A stretch of DNA of 64,000 nt from Barthelona sp. PCE. Lineage: Eukaryota. A program made the translations under genes and the position numbers. The notes beneath the pieces were generated by a model. It was given only the letters and a program-made list of their open reading frames with translations. It was not told the origin of the DNA and searched no databases. The stretch lies in the NCBI GenBank assembly GCA_040285745.1, contig JAUFOR010000001.1:1240001-1304000 (forward strand), given 5' to 3'. Positions 62,001 to 64,000 of this stretch are shown here, in pieces; position 1 is the stretch's first letter, and each line of letters starts with the position of its first letter.

Positions 62001-64000
62001 ATGGAATAGAAAGGCAACAGTTGAATTATGTCCTTAGACGAACGAAGCTCATCAAAATTAAAACTAAAGTTACATACAAAGTATAAACAATTAAAGATGA
62101 ATGTGGTGACGATATGCTGCAATACATTGGTTATGGTACACCACAAGTGATCATGAATGAATAAGTAAATGAACTCTGTTGATAAATTCACTATTGACAA
62201 ATTTGACTGCATATTAAATAATGTTGAGTTAACATCATATATCTCTTGTTCAAATTGTAAGAATTTATCAATCATTTCAGGACAAAAATGGATCATTGTC
62301 CACCTGGAACTCATTAACTTAAAAACAGAAGTAACTATATCATCACGAATACTACAGGATAAACTATATTGGTCAGTGAGAAATTCATTAATCTCTTTTT
62401 GGGTTTGTAAAACGAATACAATATCTTGAAATCTATTCTTGCAACGCTTAAAAAGATCAAATTGCTGATAATTTGACATAATACAAGTTGAATATCGCTT
62501 CAGTTCACTCCCTATTAAGGATTGTAGTGCTTGTAATGATGTGGGTAAAGTGTCAAACAATGATACATCATTTGATGAATGAAACATTGGTACGCTTATG
62601 AATTTCTTAACAAAAAGTCTAATTTGACGTTTAATTTGACGTGAAAGACAGGTAAAAATATTTTTAACCCAGTATTTAACCATAGTTTTTACCAATGCTC
62701 TATTATTACCAACTACAGTATTCAGAAAAAACAAAATTGAATCTGATATTCGATCTAGATAAACATAATGTGCTGAAACACATTGATTAATATCTGAAAT
62801 AAAAGTTGATTGGAAACCGTATATCGAAGGATGGGAACTATCATCTGGAATTGGAAAAAGTACTAAATCTTGGATAGAAAGAATTTCTAAGAATACTGAA
62901 CCTACACAATTCTTTAATTTATCAACAAAAGAGATGTATTTAGATATACCTTTATCAATATATTTTTTTGCCTGATAAAAATCAACCACTTTGGATAAGG
63001 GACCATTAACAAAAAAATCACCATAATACCTAACTAATCGATGGAATGGTGAATCCATTCGCTGATCATTCACTAACATTTCATCAAAAATAGACCTTCT
63101 TGTGTAAAATCTTTTTAACCCAGGCTTCACTGCATCAAACATATCAACGTTATTATTGGGAACAATATTGTACACTGGTTGCGCTGCTTCAAGTAAAGCA
63201 ACCCCATACAAAATACTTTTGCTGTCGTGATTAATATTATAACTTAGCAATTCCACTGTTTTCTGAGCTTTTGAATGTATCATACTCTGATACACTACTA
63301 ACTCCTCTTTCTTACTCTCAATAAGACTCGATAGATCTTCTACATCACTTACAGATAATAACTGAAAATCTATCAACTGACCAATTAACTCCTCGATACT
63401 AAAGAGAAATCGAGTAAATCGAACAACATACACTATATGATGTGTTATACGATCGGCACAGTGAAGCTTTGTTGTGGAAAATTTTGCATTAATATGTTTT
63501 GTGATTAGTGAAATTAGTGAACGAGAAAGATTGCATAATTCTGCCAATATTGCTATTGGATCAGAAAACCCAAAATGATGACAAATAAGTAGAAAATTAC
63601 ATTTGTTATGAATCGAACTATAATCATCATTACCAAACGAAAGAAAAATTTTCCTGATATATGAAGAAAGTGATCTATCGATTGATTTTAACAGAAAACG
63701 AGCGGAACATAACACTGTACGTAAATTATTAAATGTGGACGGAGACAATTCTGTATCTAATATATTCATTGCCTTTATGATACCATCTAGTGCTGTAGAA
63801 GGAGGAAAATACTTATTAAAGAGAGGATCTTGTGTTGAAATAAAAATTCTGATATGCGACTTAAATGAATCAACTTCTCTACAAACATTCATAAAATATC
63901 TTAAACAACCACTAATTCCAGTAATAAATGAGCTCATATCAAACATGTGACTAAATCGGTGAAACATTGATAATGCAGTAGAACATAATAATTGAAATTT
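53081..64000 (-). CDS. Highly degenerate dynein-heavy-chain-like protein (>3628 aa; frame open to the window edge, so 5' partial)
   Basis: The size, plus a linker-like block FKLFSRY...KIYPSLQHFKL...VCGAVNISSETIKFNEAI..IESLISWFKAIDNSI resembling the DHC_N2 consensus (FPRFYF...F..I..L.F...I.G..S.EGE.V.F...VE.WL..LE). No canonical Walker A was seen. The CDS is confident; the product is moderate. Confidence 0.6.
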   Translation of the reverse strand, partial: KFQLLCSTALSMFHRFSHMFDMSSFITGISGCLRYFMNVCREVDSFKSHIRIFISTQDPLFNKYFPPSTALDGIIKAMNILDTELSPSTFNNLRTVLCSARFLLKSIDRSLSSYIRKIFLSFGNDDYSSIHNKCNFLLICHHFGFSDPIAILAELCNLSRSLISLITKHINAKFSTTKLHCADRITHHIVYVVRFTRFLFSIEELIGQLIDFQLLSVSDVEDLSSLIESKKEELVVYQSMIHSKAQKTVELLSYNINHDSKSILYGVALLEAAQPVYNIVPNNNVDMFDAVKPGLKRFYTRRSIFDEMLVNDQRMDSPFHRLVRYYGDFFVNGPLSKVVDFYQAKKYIDKGISKYISFVDKLKNCVGSVFLEILSIQDLVLFPIPDDSSHPSIYGFQSTFISDINQCVSAHYVYLDRISDSILFFLNTVVGNNRALVKTMVKYWVKNIFTCLSRQIKRQIRLFVKKFISVPMFHSSNDVSLFDTLPTSLQALQSLIGSELKRYSTCIMSNYQQFDLFKRCKNRFQDIVFVLQTQKEINEFLTDQYSLSCSIRDDIVTSVFKLMSSRWTMIHFCPEMIDKFLQFEQEIYDVNSTLFNMQSNLSIVNLSTEFIYLFIHDHLWCTITNVLQHIVTTFIFNCLYFVCNFSFNFDELRSSKDIIQLLPFYSICESSFYTDMINFASFQKQLSPKHMIGSLFFDSHVNQKFQTKDFHTFLKSECIVISELSDIESIYPFFKKFQLDTRGIYTCVFGYFLQFVNNVEKLWKRVQALFCSEAQKIIFNHYDSKLVTFNYYLCECGKALESFKGINHIVVNDELFLPSFSKTRLYLFLHSSLIFIDHCFHCLFNILTDLSDLGVYFEKECNKCILLPIDVEIVTQRHNVYLKLRTFFFQIFNFFSLSSDQLIDTYDSQIFHTEFEKIKDSLTFNWKFSDFIQVLEIFVDNIDRVCNFLDLCNLKGLRHIQRCTLRSVINNLTNVGDLRCNNILFLTRDDNIDVIIKIAEWLNIEIEIDNSISLMIENVRMWTFNVLRYDDFFVFDYRSAINHCSDLNSFIQDMDQRFRDIGEDYNTNMKLYSYDMWTSIQNKLSSLRKFKDQLNTMIVIEQLMIIIFMFRTCMQGCDVTEFDIDLDVWNSNLARVVQHSFSYRDVESFVESTVDGFDVFICDTLINRSERIGIIRMCDLIGDISNEKFIETFFDGMHGMSDYHTALKSKFLLLFDHMQHKFSDLHYFKLFSRYESICVFSALFFALNSQIKLSTFINQGFILNKIYPSLQHFKLSKNQVCGAVNISSETIKFNEAIVLHEPNIESLISWFKAIDNSIVDSVTAVSEAAKFIVIENGFDPLALVGIPLGLVYLRIIMTFTNDFKVLERYMEHGNIIAYKEHLAHSTANTTNILSYLSSFISSPSQHMLLFKFIIYSFYQCSCYYESLENCCDVNDFVHVSENFIFCDSDWNVQFGCVESIKHGMFFVTPFITTLYEPNLYPFFVEVDIFKELYALQTDDSIFMSIESTHNHALMVLYSFSLLIGKEVYCRTIGKHTPVFEIMMAIDYVLETGSLLIFLVNKTLPTALLDPLHLKYLQILTGETKSCSSAGVVFVIHEKRIHTQFLNFAPHITYSLEANNNIKHLINLRLLLSGSQDKVAISIFKPYFDEFCTLFNTELPYQFYNAIIMFYFELIKGLLTKQRLCTLSHLLFALCSNFVSFNNYNTFCDMHTRYFGSCPVVDYSLFSEVFPFLRRVSCLLDDFVEYHIDTIIREIKPDLPNRALIFHRSVFFSSLFLPCFIVLLPQTPIELQIGSFLKQVYDLLSFDPSINVVYMDILHRSSKDIQKTALNSVPLYFYLSEESNISPTTSSRFSSGGSSYYDSAEQFEDHSFTSPFLSNDLKQIFVFTTCGTVESANLSVNFPVIHLHCNRSLSLQRYIKTVSKELLNYYDIEDVLFESMDVFHVALDLYEEFAPKVLNKYDFELHNEIINFVNFAFTVLGGLLYSFFTQSNVSKFHYCVTKFIPNAVYVSLVSPLLVLTDATEMTSRHYDLIETQLGVDKLCDVPYVDLKTGELGCFEYISGLLLDMCQDLNSNSMYEVLMRNPNQLFFDYICCSFFTGSYYIFHRDGVLKLSNQCSYDRKTVLSMIFRVCSTFTFAFNLCNWNVCNDFSDHNTLSNLRLGHTIHMAHELNLFDESNVIDRILDNNAEDIFLLIFYNHQECIVDKHWSSRFTTVRHPTSNNNSIFFSRFLKMIWGERESQHIILLKQVSYYFQLCLTMFHTFGYENCNSIPLKLLSDIFGLIRDYVAKNNSIQIDYKLINLIVTHMVIIFKRYSIPKSDSMLKDLIKTTPLTQSQLDDQFYCIPACEGIFFNRRSCQMMLAERTDNPATVFKGVMLDDCLRILTLSGSENVSSSILLIKEFQDSGHRTSVSSFFFPHFLEQQFRLIGWKSVSFDEEFDYSIGTSVYTAVFISPHHVISILRDTQRSKHFRNKCLRSGANWRFVVLVVFDEQISSMTKLFGNYVECIRMKFNFYNVSTLKFKFSTMLSRSSRFFPVLMSQSVNYLRSLQHVDTILTGIYDCINTSIEYSSVDARVCNPQKNLTDSVIQFILRRPNITVNQASFLVRVGNGYSFAFLHCTVVTFIRLFKHISVQLNVLRTKLNDLSFVRESYINEIDVIDNRINSLITDTNVIRKEVENLDPLDESYGKMVNTVVGSDLLIENLKAQLNDKKKVISDISEIIEDIKLRYPMLYISNYSLEIGALIGFHYLVIRNCCERSGFKMIKQRFEKILHSCSIDSNLLDSFSDLFVKLPSNELDSGMQNWELYQKLSLMAEVAQNIVIGVSDNVLFSNPVVLALIPFIAPKRVVLLSADNDTLSSFIPIASDCYFIIDLRTKDCVKHFTPLISAIIESKRWDKFVTFDDLTIQPSWSFLIMYSSNLETEMTHILPLIVCFTTSLNDDYFIDFIRNNMLLSMKNIEPVKQSFVTLTSLYSLFKGLSITEHNVNNVLADISNSNLLFSKTNEISDVDDIVLDIFFTLKASKYVLTQFSLFVFPAHDLHHEGIDYSIQAIIGNQKDKDSIYERLSFFNCFIFLLFNMKFLIPSVLLFAIRFHKLRWPTKTSVFDIINQLPFGCNCENATFGANSIVDHLLNNYYSDTFTDNDEVRDELKYFFKIMCAIDDNVMFGSYFETLSSKDIFCSFDSSLEKFVFFYCALYPFTLQNSCLLPILYKLLVVSTARTPVILDLFNGAISRARLFIKLTVLGFFPPYHFCTGKTSTFVEFRRLCDEIAWEEQRTFTFIELQNVFNVNLEHLCKSDFVIFYTVYGLDWSIIRGLMVKLEQLRALGRVATKNFVFFIVNKRAIDPMLRYIVYFDSSDSSDTRFKFIDNVKLFCSFNRVRFVDGYVNSRLRTAVLFANLIRISSTNLCFSKKRRLSKVLEPLVEADVGKTSLPVLRRISRKVCHEFGQTDVVLDDIFGAIKQYSLKSIILPSLQLNLQDIQTFEDLIFYIVDSIPFYYHDSEVIDIITYPSLFQKLYNVFVRDRLNNFSNNVFSSITPCFLNVLNLENTANIDDIQHYRKINAYAQHLLPLADRASRFESFESFKTHLHIGCGFADDTLLQLVYNIESTIPIPLSILSSNTTENLQIAINELHQDVIKRLQI

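Noticed and set aside
499-63950. Numerous short 60-190 aa ORFs nested in or antisense to the long genes
   Set aside because: They overlap well-supported CDSs, often start at non-ATG codons and show no independent homology.
1-64000. Alternative genetic code (TAA/TAG read as Gln) or prokaryotic operon and defence-system interpretation
   Set aside because: Conserved genes end at the expected positions with TAA, TAG or TGA and have no internal stops. The gene content and the spliceosomal intron are eukaryotic.

Overview
Gene-dense, AT-rich, nearly intron-free eukaryotic nuclear DNA read with the standard genetic code. It comes from a flagellated protist (AHI1, SPEF1 and a dynein-like gene). The tiny intergenic spacers, roughly 42-nt GT-AG introns and AGTAAAT motifs at stop codons suggest a metamonad/fornicate-like lineage, which is an inference. 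About 25 genes are present. Recognisable housekeeping genes: beta-adaptin (5' partial), queuosine-salvage QNG1, TRAPPC4, topoisomerase II, an EF-hand protein, AHI1/jouberin, Ku80, SPEF1 (one intron), MYG1, CAPZB, an APC2-like cullin and PAN2. Interspersed are a lineage-specific family of 600-690 aa beta-rich orphan proteins (one frameshifted, one possibly spliced onto AHI1), a secreted Cys-rich protein, an EF-hand-MFS fusion and a >3600-aa degenerate dynein-heavy-chain-like gene. The most unusual locus is 44.5-50.1 kb. It holds a 1470-aa propeller/coiled-coil/pseudokinase/HECT/RBR-Rcat protein with two candidate catalytic cysteines and a GC-rich C-terminal module. This gene sits between 178-bp direct repeats (about 94% identical), next to relics of a small intron-containing gene and a GC-rich hairpin tract. 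All product calls come from motif recognition by eye, not from database searches.
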